A stretch of 64,000 bases of DNA from Patescibacteria group bacterium (GCA_028714495.1 JAQTMH010000003.1:136496-200495); one strand, 5' to 3'; shown: positions 26,714-37,820, counted from the stretch's first letter. Notes: generated by a model from the sequence alone, not told the origin. Numbers and translations: made by a program.

Positions 26714-27781
26714 TCAGATTATTATTCCTCCGCCAATCAACCTTTTGCCCTGATAGAAAACCGCTGATTGTCCGGGTGTCACTGCTCGTTGAGCTTGCGC
26801 TAAAACAACAATTAAAGCCTGGTGGCGCATTTTTAAAGTTGCCGGGGTGGCTTTTTGCCGATACCGAACCTGAACTTGGCATTTTAAAGGCAGTCTGGGA
26901 ATTTTACCAGAAATAAAATTCGCTTTCTTAACTCTAAAACACGCAACTCGTAACTTTCTATTATCTTCTTTTCCGACAATCAGCTGGTTTGTTTTTAAGT
27001 CTTTTCTAACAACATAAAACGGCCCGCGGCCGCCGATGCCCAGACCAGACCGCTGACCAATAGTATAAAGTGCCAAGCCCCGATGTTGGCCCAATATTTC
27101 TCCCTTGGTTGAGACAATCAACCCGGGTCTGGGCTTCAAATATTTCTTTAGAAATTCTGAATAGCGCCCAGCTGGAATAAAACAGATGTCATTGCTTTCA
27201 GCTCGGTCAGCGGTTGGCAGTTTTAGATTCCGAGCGATTTGGCGGACCCGCGGCTTAGTTAAATCGCCCAGCGGGAAAAGTGACTGCTTCAGTTTGGCTT
27301 GAGTCAAAGTATATAGAAAATAGCTTTGGTCTTTGGCCAAGTCGCGGCCGCGGCCCAGCTCCATTTTGCCCTTGGTGCGCCTTAATTTTACATAGTGGCC
27401 AGTCGCTAAAAAATCAGCGCCTAGCGATTTAGCTTTTTTCAAAAGAAAGTCGAATTTGATAAGCTGGTTGCAGATAACGCAGGGATTCGGTGTTCGGCCA
27501 GCCCTCAACTCTCTCAAAAAATAATCAACCACCGTTTTTCTAAATGACTGGCGGCAATCAACAAGTGTTAATGGAATATTCAAATGAGCGGCCGCTTGCC
27601 TGGCTGAATCCGCCGCTGTATTAATTTGGGGTTTACTGTATCTTTTTTTCTTAAGTGTTTGGTCGCTCCACAGACGCATGAACAAACCGCTGACCTGATA
27701 GCCTTTCTTTTTTAAAAGCGCGGCCGCGACTGACGAATCGACTCCGCCAGACATGGCTACGACGATATGCGATTTTTTCAT
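26714..27781 (-). CDS. mnmA: tRNA-specific 2-thiouridylase
   Basis: MKKSHIVVAMSGGVDSSVAA PP-loop. Conserved Cys residues. Confidence 0.85.
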   Translation of the reverse strand: MKKSHIVVAMSGGVDSSVAAALLKKKGYQVSGLFMRLWSDQTLKKKRYSKPQINTAADSARQAAAHLNIPLTLVDCRQSFRKTVVDYFLRELRAGRTPNPCVICNQLIKFDFLLKKAKSLGADFLATGHYVKLRRTKGKMELGRGRDLAKDQSYFLYTLTQAKLKQSLFPLGDLTKPRVRQIARNLKLPTADRAESNDICFIPAGRYSEFLKKYLKPRPGLIVSTKGEILGQHRGLALYTIGQRSGLGIGGRGPFYVVRKDLKTNQLIVGKEDNRKLRVACFRVKKANFISGKIPRLPLKCQVQVRYRQKATPATLKMRHQALIVVLAQAQRAVTPGQSAVFYQGKRLIGGGIII

Positions 27782-28845
27782 AGAGTCTCAATTTCCTTCA
27801 GAAGCCGAGGGAGGATTTCCGCCTCTGGCACCGTAGCAATGATTTTGCCTTTCTTAAAAATAATCCCCTGGCCAATCGTCCCAGCCACGCCGATGTCAGC
27901 CTCCCTGGCCTCGCCCGGACCGTTGACCGGACAGCCCATGACAGCGATGGTAATCGGCTTGGTGATCCGGGCCGTAGCCGCGTCAATCTTTTTGGCCAGA
28001 CCGATCAAATCTATTTGCGTCCGGCCGCAGGTCGGGCAGCTGATAATCGTCCGACCATGCTCTCGCAGCCTCAAAGATTTCAAAATCTCCCAGGCTACCC
28101 TCACTTCTTCGACCGGGTCCCCGGTGAGCGAAACCCTGATCGTATCGCCTATTCCCTCGTTCAACAAAATCGCCAGGCCAGCCGTTGATTTTATCGTCCC
28201 AGTCCACGGCAAACCAGCCTCAGTCACGCCCAGGTGCTGGGGATAGTCAACCTTTCGCGAGAGCAAGCGATGGGCTTGAGTCATGGTCAGAACGTCAGTG
28301 GCCTTGAGAGAAATCACGATATCGTGAAAATCAAGCTCCTCGAGAATTTTTATTTCGCGTAGCGCAGCCTCAACCATGCCAGCTGGCGTCGGACCGTTGT
28401 TCTTTTTCAAGATATCGGCTGGGATTGAACCGCTGTTGACGCCGATTCGGATCGGGACGTGCTTGGCTCGAGCTGCTTTGACAACCGCCTCAACCCGGTC
28501 CCGGGCTCCAATATTGCCAGGATTGATCCTTATTTTATCGACGCCCTGCTTAATTGCCTCAAGGGCCAGCCGGAAATCAAAATGGATATCCGCCACGAGC
28601 GGAAGCGATATTGCCTGCTTGATTCTGCCCAATACCCGGGCCGCGGCCATGTCTAAAACCGCCACCCGGATTATTTCGCAGCCAGCCCGCTCCAAATTTT
28701 TTATTTGATTAATCGTCGCGTCAACATCATGGGTATCGGTCTTGCACATTGACTGGATAGCGATCGGGTTTGACCCGCCGATTTTCACGCGTCCAATTTT
28801 CACCACCTTGGTATGCCGACGCTTGATTTGAGATAAATGAGTCAT
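27778..28845 (-). CDS. ispG: 4-hydroxy-3-methylbut-2-en-1-yl diphosphate synthase
   Basis: IQSMCKTDT, GcpE-family TIM barrel, C-terminal CPxCGR 4Fe-4S motif (ISCPTCGRT). Overlaps mnmA by 4 nt. Confidence 0.85.
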   Translation of the reverse strand: MTHLSQIKRRHTKVVKIGRVKIGGSNPIAIQSMCKTDTHDVDATINQIKNLERAGCEIIRVAVLDMAAARVLGRIKQAISLPLVADIHFDFRLALEAIKQGVDKIRINPGNIGARDRVEAVVKAARAKHVPIRIGVNSGSIPADILKKNNGPTPAGMVEAALREIKILEELDFHDIVISLKATDVLTMTQAHRLLSRKVDYPQHLGVTEAGLPWTGTIKSTAGLAILLNEGIGDTIRVSLTGDPVEEVRVAWEILKSLRLREHGRTIISCPTCGRTQIDLIGLAKKIDAATARITKPITIAVMGCPVNGPGEAREADIGVAGTIGQGIIFKKGKIIATVPEAEILPRLLKEIETL

Positions 28846-28930
28846 GTCTTCTTTATATACGATTATTCACGAAAAATCAAATATCTGCTATTCTCTAAGT
28901 ACTAAAATTTTACCGTATCAAATAACCTAT

Positions 28931-29749
28931 ATGATAAAGATTATCCGCGCCAAGACTATGGGCTTTTGCTTCGGCGTCAAACGAGCCGTGGAAATGGCCG
29001 AGTCGCATCCTGGCCGCCTCAATACCCTTGGTCCCTTAATCCACAATCCCCAGGAGGTAAATCGCCTGGCCCAGCTCGGTAAAACCCCGATTGATGATTT
29101 GAGCCAAGCCAGCGAAAAAATCATCCTCATCCGCGCCCACGGCTTGCCCGATTTTATAATCAAACGGGCAATCAAGCTGGGTTTGAAAGTGGTAGACGCG
29201 ACCTGCCCTTTTGTCAAAAAGGCTCAGGCTCTAAGCCAGCGCCTGGAAAAAGACGGCTATCAAGTTGTAATCATCGGGGAGAAGATCCACCCGGAAATTA
29301 TCGGCCTGGTCGGCAACCTGAAAAACCCGATCGTAGTCGAAACTCTCGAGGAAGCCAAAAGCTTGGGTCAGTTCAAAAAACTGGGCGTCATCGCCCAAAC
29401 CACTTCGAATACCCGGCTGGTGGAAGAAATATCCGTGGAGCTGAAAAAACACGCTCCCGAAGTAAAGATCGCGGAGACGATCTGCCAAGCGACTGAAGAG
29501 CATCAGCAGGCCGCGCGCGAACTGGCTCCGCGGGTAGACGTCATGATCGTGGTTGGCGGAAAATCAAGCGGCAACACCCGCCGGCTCTATCAAATTTGCA
29601 TAGAATACGTACCCGCTTATCATATTGAAACCGCTCGTGAGCTTAAGCCGGAGTGGTTTAAAAACATAAAATCCGCCGGAATTACGGCTGGCGCTTCAAC
29701 GCCTGACTGGGTGATTTCCGAGGTGGAGAAAACAATCTCTGGCATATAA
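28931..29749 (+). CDS. ispH: 4-hydroxy-3-methylbut-2-enyl diphosphate reductase
   Basis: MIKIIRAKTMGFCFGVKRAV. LytB family. Start chosen at the internal ATG 28931 rather than the track start 28844. Confidence 0.85.
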   Translation: MIKIIRAKTMGFCFGVKRAVEMAESHPGRLNTLGPLIHNPQEVNRLAQLGKTPIDDLSQASEKIILIRAHGLPDFIIKRAIKLGLKVVDATCPFVKKAQALSQRLEKDGYQVVIIGEKIHPEIIGLVGNLKNPIVVETLEEAKSLGQFKKLGVIAQTTSNTRLVEEISVELKKHAPEVKIAETICQATEEHQQAARELAPRVDVMIVVGGKSSGNTRRLYQICIEYVPAYHIETARELKPEWFKNIKSAGITAGASTPDWVISEVEKTISGI

Positions 29750-29802
29750 TAGGCGGCGCGACCGGCTCAGCCCCACGAAAGACGTATTTAAATGGTCTCG
29801 AA

Positions 29803-30027
29803 TTATTCGAGCCCCCCTTCTTTTACGTATTCAGACAGCATGTATTCAAGTTTCTCGTGGGCTTGTTTGGAATCAAAGTCATCGGGCAACAATCCTTCAC
29901 TTTGCTTCTCTTCCAATACCTCATCGATTAATGATTCCCAGGTATCGCGTTGGAATGATCCCTGTGTCTCCATCCGCGAAATAATTTCTTTTAAAGCTTC
30001 GTCAAGTGTAAAGTCGAGGTTTTCCAT
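29803..30027 (-). CDS. small acidic hypothetical protein
   Basis: 74 aa, highly acidic. No motif. Confidence 0.3.
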   Translation of the reverse strand: MENLDFTLDEALKEIISRMETQGSFQRDTWESLIDEVLEEKQSEGLLPDDFDSKQAHEKLEYMLSEYVKEGGLE

Positions 30028-30155
30028 AGTAATTTTGATTTGATTTCGTTAGTTAGAGGTACAATCAAAATATATCAACCAAAAGGTTATTGGTCAATAC
30101 CTAAAATAAAAAGGCCTCGGACTATTTCTAGCTCAAGGCCTTGTTTCAGACAGAA

Positions 30156-32168
30156 CTATTCAACTGTGACGCTCTTCGCCAGATTGCGGGGTTGATCGAT
30201 CGGACAGCCGCGCATCTCAGCGATATGGTAAGCCAGAAGCTGGAGATGAATGCTGGCCAGAACTGGAGTAAGCATGGCCAGGGTTTTAGGAATCCAAAGG
30301 ATTCGCTCAACCTTGCCTCCGCAGCGAAGCTCTTCTGGATTTGAGTCACCCTCGCTGGCGATAAGAATCACGCGACCCTTACGCGCAGCCACTTCTTCGA
30401 TGTTGGAAATGACCCGCGCATATGTTTCTTCGTCCTCACCTTTTTCTGGAACAATCACTACCACCGGCATTCGCTTGTCAATAAGCGCGATCGATCCATG
30501 CTTCATCTCGCCCGCCGCATAACCATCGGCATGCACATAGCTGATCTCTTTGAGCTTCAGCGCCCCCTCCAAAGCCGCATGGAAATTGTATCCCCGGCCG
30601 AGATAGAGAGCGTTTGAGGCGCCAATCAGTCTCATGAGCCAACTGACGGAGCGCGGAGTGCGCGACTGAGCCAGATACTTGAAACAACGGCAAAGCCAAC
30701 GTGACCGACACGCGAACTGAAACGCGATGTCCCGCGCATGCTTTGCGTCAGCCACTACCCGCTCCATCTGCGCGGGCAAGGCTAGAAGTGCATTAGCGAT
30801 CTCCTGGCGACGGGTGTCGGTTACCCACGCGGGATTACGCAGTTCCACGAGCTTTAGGGTAAAAAGCGCCAGCGCGACAATCTGGGCCGTAAAAGCCTTG
30901 GTCGATGCCACCCCGATCTCCGGACCGACGTGGAGATAAACTCCTGAATCGGCCACGCGCGAGAGCGTTGAACCCACGACATTACTGATGTTCCAGACTA
31001 TGGCCCCCTGTCTCTTGGCCTTTCTGGCGGCCTCAATCGTGTCCTTGGTCTCGCCTGACTGAGAGATGGTGATCACCAGAGTACGGTTGTTAATCGGCGT
31101 GAAGCCCGTTATGAATTCCGAGGCGTAGACCACCTTAACCGGCAAACCAAGCAGTGCCTCAAGCATGCGCTCGCCGATCAAACCAGCGTGCCAGGAAGTA
31201 CCGCAGGCAGTGATGACAACCCGTTCGAGGTGATTCTGCAGGAAGTCGCCGATCGTCATTGACCGGCCGCCGATCTCGATCTTGGTCCTCAAACCACCTA
31301 GATGAACGCGCGGCTCAGGACCATCAATAACCCGTCCGGTCAAGGTGTTCGTAATCACTGTCGGCTGTTCGAGAATTTCCTTCAGCATGAAGTGCTTTTG
31401 GCCGCCCTTGGCTATCGCATCCAGGCTGATCCTCAGTTCAACCAACTCACGCTCAACCTGCTGGTTGGCCAGCGTCCGGTGATCGTAGGAATCGGCTGTC
31501 AAAATCACCATCTCATCATCTTCGAGAAATAGCGTCTTCTTCGCTGTACCGACAAAGGCTAGGCGGTCAGAAGCGACAAAGGTACAACCCTCGCCCACGC
31601 CGACTACCAACGGACTGCCGTGACAAGCGGCAACCAGCTGGCCAGTGCCTCTCTTCAAAAGGACAACGATAGCATAGGCTCCTTTGACCAGGGCGTGCGT
31701 CCTCTGTATCGCGGTAACCAGATCATCTCCGTGCTCCAGAAACTTTCCGATGAGCACGGCCAAGACTTCAGTGTCTGTCTCAGAGACAAACTCCCGGCCT
31801 TCTTGCCTCAATCTCTCCCGCAGAACACTCGCGTTATCGATGATTCCGTTGTGGACGAGAGCAATCTGCGCCATCCTATTCGGTTGATCCGTGTGCGGGT
31901 GGGCGTTAATGTCAGAAGGCGGGCCATGAGTAGCCCAGCGGGTGTGTGCTATACCGACGCATCCCTTAACCGGAATGCCATTCAATGCTCTGTCCAGGTC
32001 CGCAACCTTGCCTTGTGTCTTGACAACACGAATACAGCCATCTTCTTCAAGCCAAGCCATGCCTGCCGAATCATAGCCTCGGTACTCCATCCTTTCGAGC
32101 CCGCCGATCAGAATGCGCCTCAGCTGGTCAGATCCAGGGTTGCCGACAAAACCTATAATGCCACACAT
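30156..32168 (-). CDS. glmS: glutamine--fructose-6-phosphate aminotransferase (with atypical ~20-aa insert)
   Basis: MCGIIGFVG Ntn start. SIS domains. C-terminal LKLKEISYVHADGYAAGEMKHG...TVE. Confidence 0.85.
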   Translation of the reverse strand: MCGIIGFVGNPGSDQLRRILIGGLERMEYRGYDSAGMAWLEEDGCIRVVKTQGKVADLDRALNGIPVKGCVGIAHTRWATHGPPSDINAHPHTDQPNRMAQIALVHNGIIDNASVLRERLRQEGREFVSETDTEVLAVLIGKFLEHGDDLVTAIQRTHALVKGAYAIVVLLKRGTGQLVAACHGSPLVVGVGEGCTFVASDRLAFVGTAKKTLFLEDDEMVILTADSYDHRTLANQQVERELVELRISLDAIAKGGQKHFMLKEILEQPTVITNTLTGRVIDGPEPRVHLGGLRTKIEIGGRSMTIGDFLQNHLERVVITACGTSWHAGLIGERMLEALLGLPVKVVYASEFITGFTPINNRTLVITISQSGETKDTIEAARKAKRQGAIVWNISNVVGSTLSRVADSGVYLHVGPEIGVASTKAFTAQIVALALFTLKLVELRNPAWVTDTRRQEIANALLALPAQMERVVADAKHARDIAFQFACRSRWLCRCFKYLAQSRTPRSVSWLMRLIGASNALYLGRGYNFHAALEGALKLKEISYVHADGYAAGEMKHGSIALIDKRMPVVVIVPEKGEDEETYARVISNIEEVAARKGRVILIASEGDSNPEELRCGGKVERILWIPKTLAMLTPVLASIHLQLLAYHIAEMRGCPIDQPRNLAKSVTVE

Positions 32169-32398
32169 CTTTTCTGCCTCCTTATAGCGTAATAACGCCG
32201 TTTTTTGTGATTTTCAAGGTTCAAAGCGAATAGATAAAGGTTAATCCTGGCTAATTCATTTGTCAAATTATTTTGTCATACAATATACTAATATCAACTA
32301 TTTGTGCTATTTTAAGGCTTTTCATCGTTATTATTTGTCAATATATTTTCTACAATAATAAAATAATGGTTCATTCGAAAACCATTATTATTGACTTA

Positions 32399-33503
32399 TT
32401 ATTTTGCCCTATCTACTGTTTGCTTTAAATAAGCCTCTATAAAACCATCAATTTTGCCATCAAGCACGCCCTGGGTGTCACTGGTCTCGTGTTTTGTCCG
32501 ATGGTCTTTAACCATCTGGTAGGGCTGGAGTACGTAGGAGCGGATCTGATTACCCCATTCAGCCGAAGCATACTCCCCTCTCAATTTCTGTTTCTCAACC
32601 TGTTGCTCCTTTTCAGCCAGGGCGTGAAGCTTGCTTTTCAGTATCTTCAGGGCCGTGGCTTTATTTTGGGTTTGGGACCGCTCGTTCTGGCAAGTAACCA
32701 TGATCTTGGTCGGCAGATGAACAATCCGGATAGCCGAATAAGTGGTATTTACGCTCTGGCCGCCATGGCCGGACGAAAGAAAGGTGTCAATGCGTAAATC
32801 TTTCGGGTCAATTTCAACCTCTTCGACTTCTTCCAAGACCGGCAGAACCTCAACCAGGGCAAACGAGGTGTGTCTCTGATGGTCAGCGTCAAAAGGCGAG
32901 AGCCTGACTAGGCGGTGAACTCCGGCTTCGGCTTTTAAATAACCGTAGGCGTAGCGGCCGAGCACTTCGAAGGTTACGCTCTTTATGCCGGCTTCCTCTC
33001 CTATCGATTTATCCAAGATCCGGACTACCCAGCCTCGGCGCTCGCAAAAACGCAAATACATTCGCAAGAGCATGGCAGCCCAGTCCTGCGCCTCAACTCC
33101 GCCAGTGCCTGAATGTATGGCTACAATCGTGTCCCGCTGATCGTATTTGCCGCCGAGCAACAGAAAAAACTCCAGCTGGGAAAATTTCTTTTCCAGCTTT
33201 TTAGTCTGGCTCTCAATTTCCGATTTCAGATCGGATGAACCGTCTTCTTCAACCTCACCGGCTAAATCAATCAACTCGTTAACTTGGCTTTCGATGTTCT
33301 CCCAAGTACTGATCTCCTCGGCTAATTCGGTTATCCGCCGGTTGACCTCTCTAGCTCGATCTTGATCACGCCAAAACTCAGGCTCGCTGGCTTCATACTC
33401 TAGGGCCTTTAGTCCCGTTTTGCTCCGGTCCAGGTCAAAGTAACCTCCGCGTCTTGGAGATTTTCTCCTTCAGGCTGGTTAACCGTTGAGTTAGTTCTTT
33501 CAT
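32399..33503 (-). CDS. prfB: peptide chain release factor 2 (requires programmed +1 frameshift)
   Basis: GGQ motif SGHGGQSVNTT. The upstream ORF fragment MKELTQRLTSLKEKISKTRRLL ends at CTT TGA C, preceded by GGAGG. Confidence 0.8.
33431..33446 (-). promoter_or_regulatory. prfB +1 programmed frameshift site
   Basis: mRNA sense ...GGAGGUUACUUUGACCUG: internal SD, CUU slippery codon, in-frame UGA followed by C. Confidence 0.75.
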
Positions 33504-33510
33504 TGGGAAT

Positions 33511-34794
33511 TTATTGAGCGCTGGCTGTATATTTTTCAAGCTGAATGGTTATTTCTTTAGTCTGACCGTCATGCAACACCTTAAGGCTGATCTCATCTCC
33601 AACCTTAAACCGTTTCATCATTTTTGACAAGGTGTTATCCTCATCTATCTTCTGACCGTTGATCTCCAGAACTATGTCGTTCTCTTCCAAGCCCGCTTTA
33701 TCGGCTGGGCTGCCCGGGACAATGGCTAATTCGTTGTTGGCACCTCGAATAATCAAAGCGCCGTAATCAACTGACAAATTATTAGCCTGGGACAGCTCGG
33801 AGTTAATAATTTGATAGCGAATGCCCAAATAGGGGCGCACCACCTTGCCTGTTTGCTCAACGCTTTCGAGAACCGGCTTAACCACGTTCATCGGAATAGC
33901 GAAACCGATTAATTGGCCTTCTTGGCTGACCGCCGTATTAATGCCGACTACCTGGCCGGATAAATTTATCAGTGGGCCGCCTGAATTGCCGGGGTTTATG
34001 GCGGCGTCAGTCTGAATTACTTCCTCAATTGTTTCAGTCTGGCTCCCTCCGGTACCAGCTGTGATCGTCCGACCGATACCGCTGACTATGCCTTTCGTAA
34101 CGGTATTGGGATACTCACTTAGGGTATTACCGATAGCAATAACCGTCTGACCGATCTTCAGGCTGTCGGAATCTCCCAAATCAACATAGGGCAAGTCCTT
34201 AGCTTCGATCCGCATAAAAGCAATGTCGTTAAAAGGGTCAACATCAACCAGGGTGGCGTCATACTGTTTACCCTCGTTGGTGATAAAGGTATATTCAGCC
34301 TGGCTGACATTGATGACATGCTTATTGGTCAGGATCAACCCATCGCTTGATACGATAAAGCCGGTCCCAGCCGCCACCTGCTGCACGCCCTGAGCTTGGT
34401 CAGTCTGTTGACCAAAAAATATATCGAAGGGCGAGGGGTTGGACAGACTGTAAAGCTTGCTCAAATCCTGCTTCACGATAATGCTCCCGACTGCCGGAGT
34501 TACTTTAGTTACCGTGTCAATCGTTTCCGACTCTTCTTCAACTGTGACGGTTGATTTTAGCGAATCCGAATTGTTGTTGGCATTGCTTGGCGCCTCTGAA
34601 TTGCTCTGGTTTAGGAAGGTCTTCTTTAACCAGGGTCCGAGTGAGTCCGAAACGGTCGCGCCGGTAATCGCCCCAACCAAGCCGCCTGTGATTCCGCCGA
34701 CCAGAAAGCTGATAAGCAAAACCGAGCTGACGATTTTTTGAGGCTGCTTCTTAACTTCTTCCATATTTTTCTCCCTGTTATTTATTAGGTCCAA
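33511..34794 (-). CDS. htrA: HtrA/DegP-family serine protease with PDZ domain
   Basis: N-terminal TM, trypsin-like domain with GNSGGPLINLSGQVVGINTA, C-terminal PDZ. Confidence 0.8.
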   Translation of the reverse strand: MDLINNREKNMEEVKKQPQKIVSSVLLISFLVGGITGGLVGAITGATVSDSLGPWLKKTFLNQSNSEAPSNANNNSDSLKSTVTVEEESETIDTVTKVTPAVGSIIVKQDLSKLYSLSNPSPFDIFFGQQTDQAQGVQQVAAGTGFIVSSDGLILTNKHVINVSQAEYTFITNEGKQYDATLVDVDPFNDIAFMRIEAKDLPYVDLGDSDSLKIGQTVIAIGNTLSEYPNTVTKGIVSGIGRTITAGTGGSQTETIEEVIQTDAAINPGNSGGPLINLSGQVVGINTAVSQEGQLIGFAIPMNVVKPVLESVEQTGKVVRPYLGIRYQIINSELSQANNLSVDYGALIIRGANNELAIVPGSPADKAGLEENDIVLEINGQKIDEDNTLSKMMKRFKVGDEISLKVLHDGQTKEITIQLEKYTASAQ

Positions 34795-34856
34795 AGTTCA
34801 TTATAAAAAAGGTCGCCGTTCATATCAAGGGGGGCCTTATTTTACGCCAGCTAATT

Positions 34857-35207
34857 TTACGGCGCCCTGGTTTTAATCACTTGGCAATTCGGCGTCAATT
34901 CAACAAAGGCATGGGCTGTTCCGTTCCGATAAGCCAAGCATTGATTCTGTGCTTCATCATCCACGGTCAGCCGCGGATCATGGGCAATATCACAAACCCA
35001 GTCGTCTATTATCTCTTCCGATAAGCAGGGCCCATTGACTAAATCACGGCCCTGATCCTTGGCTTGCTGACAAAGCTTTTGGCAGGCCGAAACGGCCTGT
35101 TCGGTAATTTTAGTTGTAGCTGATTTCGGCCCGCAACCCAAAACTACAATTAATCCACAAATCAACACCAAAAATATTTTGATTTTGACCAACACTATAA
35201 TATCCAA
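34857..35207 (-). CDS. small secreted Cys-rich hypothetical protein
   Basis: Signal peptide. 8 Cys in the mature ~90 aa. Confidence 0.35.
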   Translation of the reverse strand: MDIIVLVKIKIFLVLICGLIVVLGCGPKSATTKITEQAVSACQKLCQQAKDQGRDLVNGPCLSEEIIDDWVCDIAHDPRLTVDDEAQNQCLAYRNGTAHAFVELTPNCQVIKTRAP

Positions 35208-35232
35208 TAATAGATCTTGATAGGTCCGACGC

Positions 35233-36453
35233 CTACATCATCTTCTTCCTGATGAAGGCGGGTATTTCAAGCTCTTCCTCTTCTTTAGTTTTTTTCACCG
35301 GCTCAATCTCTTCCTTGGACAATTGCTCGCGTCGAGGCTCGGTCGTTACTGACGCTGGCCGGGGAAACGCGCTGGCCGGCGTTTTAAAACGTTCTTCCTT
35401 GGCAAAAGGAAAGGCTGTCTCCGCCTTAATCTTTTTCGCCCGCTTCTCACCGAAGCCTGTGGCGATAACCGTTATCCTGACCTCATCCTTTAGATTGTCG
35501 TCAATCACCGAGCCGAAGATAATCTTAGCGTTTGGATCGGCTGAGCTGGTGATAATCTTGGCTGCTTCATTAAGTTCATACATGCTCAAATTCGAACCGC
35601 CTGTAACGGTAAAGAGTATGCCTTTGGCGCCCTCAATCGACATCTCCAAGAGCGGGCTTTCAATTGCCGCCTTAGCCGCTTCAACCGCCCGACTCTCGCC
35701 CGTGCCCCGGCCAATGCCCATCAGGGCTGAGCCGGCGTTTTGCATTATCGCTTTGACATCGGCAAAATCCACATTGACCAAGCCCGGCACCGTAATCAAA
35801 TCGGAAATTCCCTGAACGCCCTGCCTCAAAATATCGTCAACAATCCCAAAGGCTTCAATCAGAGAGGTTTTTTTATCAATAATCTGAAGCAAGCGATCAT
35901 TGGGAATGGTGATTATCGTATCAACCTTTTCAACCAGCTGAGCCAAGCCGTTTTCGGCAATCCGGCGGCGCTCATCGCCTTCAAAAGCAAACGGCTTAGT
36001 CACCACCGCTACGGTCAAAGCTCCGACATCCTTGGCAATATCCGCCACTACGGGCGCTGAACCTGTGCCGGTGCCGCCACCCAAGCCGCAGGTCAGAAAA
36101 ACCATGTCGGAGCCTTTCAGATTATCATAGATTTCATCCTGATTTTCCTCGGCGGCTTTCTGGCCCAGCTCCATGTCCATCCCGGCGCCTAAGCCTCGGG
36201 TGGTCGTCTTGCCGATTTGAATTTTGGTATGGGCCTGGTTGTGATGAAGGGCCTGCGCGTCAGTATTGATGACGACAAACTCAACGCCTCGGATTTTCGA
36301 AGAAATCATCCGGTTGACGGCTGAACCGCCGCTTCCGCCCAAACCAATAACTTTGATTTTGGCGAAAGTTTCTATTGCTGGTTTAACTTCCATGAATTTA
36401 TTTCCTCGTGTGAGACTCGGCCCCTCGGAGTCCCGTTTTAGCTTATTTTTCAT
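35233..36453 (-). CDS. ftsZ: cell division GTPase FtsZ
   Basis: [13 protein letters not shown] and [13 protein letters not shown] tubulin signature. Real start is probably MEVKPAIE (about 36393). Confidence 0.9.
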   Translation of the reverse strand: MKNKLKRDSEGPSLTRGNKFMEVKPAIETFAKIKVIGLGGSGGSAVNRMISSKIRGVEFVVINTDAQALHHNQAHTKIQIGKTTTRGLGAGMDMELGQKAAEENQDEIYDNLKGSDMVFLTCGLGGGTGTGSAPVVADIAKDVGALTVAVVTKPFAFEGDERRRIAENGLAQLVEKVDTIITIPNDRLLQIIDKKTSLIEAFGIVDDILRQGVQGISDLITVPGLVNVDFADVKAIMQNAGSALMGIGRGTGESRAVEAAKAAIESPLLEMSIEGAKGILFTVTGGSNLSMYELNEAAKIITSSADPNAKIIFGSVIDDNLKDEVRITVIATGFGEKRAKKIKAETAFPFAKEERFKTPASAFPRPASVTTEPRREQLSKEEIEPVKKTKEEEELEIPAFIRKKMM

Positions 36454-36513
36454 AAAACGCTTTTTTCATCAGAGTTAATCAACTTTACCACGCCTGCCGC
36501 CCCACGGTCAACT

Positions 36514-37758
36514 TCAGGGCATGAGCGATTTAAACCATTTTTTCATCCGGTCCCTAACCTGGTTGACAGTCGAAAATCCCGGGCCGGCAAAACGATGGCT
36601 GCCTCGCCCCAGGGCTTGGGCACCCCAGACCAAAAGGCCAATCGCCGTGGTATAGGCCGGGTCAGAAATTTTATCAATTGAGGTGACGATTTCCCTGGGG
36701 AATCCGATTGAGCTCGGTAGCTTGCAAATGCGCTTGGCTATTTCAGCTACGCCGGGCATCTTGGCGCCACCGCCGGTTATGACTATCCCGGCCGGCAGCA
36801 AACCGCTGCGATCGATTTTTTTGAGCTCCTTGTCAACTAGATCAAAAATTTCCTCGACCCGAGCCTCGGTGATTTCCACGATATGTTTGCGCGGGACTAC
36901 CGTTGATTCATTTGAAGATATGTCTGAAAGGTCTATTTCATCGCGCTTGTTAACTTCCTCGACCAAACAAGAGCCGTATTCAACTTTCACCTGTTCGGCC
37001 ACTTCGATCGAGGTCCGCAACCCTATGGCAATGTCATTCGTAATGTGGCCGCTGCCGACGGGTAAAACCGCCGTATGGACTACATCGCCCTCTTCAAAAA
37101 CCGCCAAGCTGGTAGTCGAGCCGCCGATGTTCACCAGAGCAACGCCCAGTTCTTTCTGGCGCCTGGTCAAAACCGCTTCAGCTCCAGCCAAGACTCCCAA
37201 AATTAAATCATCGATGTCCAGTCCGGTTCGATATATGCACTTGGTGATATTTTTTATCTGGCTCGAAAGGCCCTGAATAATCTGAGCGTCAACTTCGAGG
37301 CGAATCCCGGTCATGCCCACCGGGTCTTTAACGCCCGTTTGGTTATCCACCGAGAAGCTGCGGGGAATTACGTGAAGGGTTTCGTAGTTTGGCGGTGTCG
37401 CTACGGCCTGGGCGGCTTCAATCACCCGCTCAACGTCGTCTTCCTTAATTTCACCGTCCGCCTTTGAAACCGCTACCACCCCATGGCTTTGTAAAGAGTG
37501 TATGTGCGAGCCGCTAATGCCAACGTAGGCGTGCTCGACCGGCAAACCAGTCATCCGCTCGGCCTTTTCCAAGGCGCCGGAGATGCTTGATACGGTATCT
37601 TCAATACTGCTGATCACGCCTTTGGTTATACCCTCGGATGGATTCTCGGCTACTCCAAGAATTTGGATTCTTTCATCGCCTTCGATTTTCTGACCAACTA
37701 CGATTCGGATCAGGTTCGAACCGAGATCCAACCCGGTTATAATTTCTTCACGCGCCAT
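36514..37758 (-). CDS. ftsA: cell division protein FtsA
   Basis: Actin-like ATPase. MAREEIITGLDLGSNLIRIVV. Adjacent to ftsZ. Confidence 0.85.
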   Translation of the reverse strand: MAREEIITGLDLGSNLIRIVVGQKIEGDERIQILGVAENPSEGITKGVISSIEDTVSSISGALEKAERMTGLPVEHAYVGISGSHIHSLQSHGVVAVSKADGEIKEDDVERVIEAAQAVATPPNYETLHVIPRSFSVDNQTGVKDPVGMTGIRLEVDAQIIQGLSSQIKNITKCIYRTGLDIDDLILGVLAGAEAVLTRRQKELGVALVNIGGSTTSLAVFEEGDVVHTAVLPVGSGHITNDIAIGLRTSIEVAEQVKVEYGSCLVEEVNKRDEIDLSDISSNESTVVPRKHIVEITEARVEEIFDLVDKELKKIDRSGLLPAGIVITGGGAKMPGVAEIAKRICKLPSSIGFPREIVTSIDKISDPAYTTAIGLLVWGAQALGRGSHRFAGPGFSTVNQVRDRMKKWFKSLMP

Positions 37759-37820
37759 AGGTTTCTTGCTTATTAGTTCCTTAGAGAATTATACTAAATT
37801 TTTGCCAAATTGACAAATAG

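Noticed and set aside
28844-28930. N-terminal 29-aa extension of ispH from the track start
   Set aside because: The conserved IspH N-terminus (MIKII..GFCFGV) begins at the internal ATG 28931. The upstream extension is AT-rich leader.
35252-37276. Plus-strand ORFs of 187, 106 and 197 aa
   Set aside because: Antisense to ftsZ and ftsA, which have unambiguous signatures.
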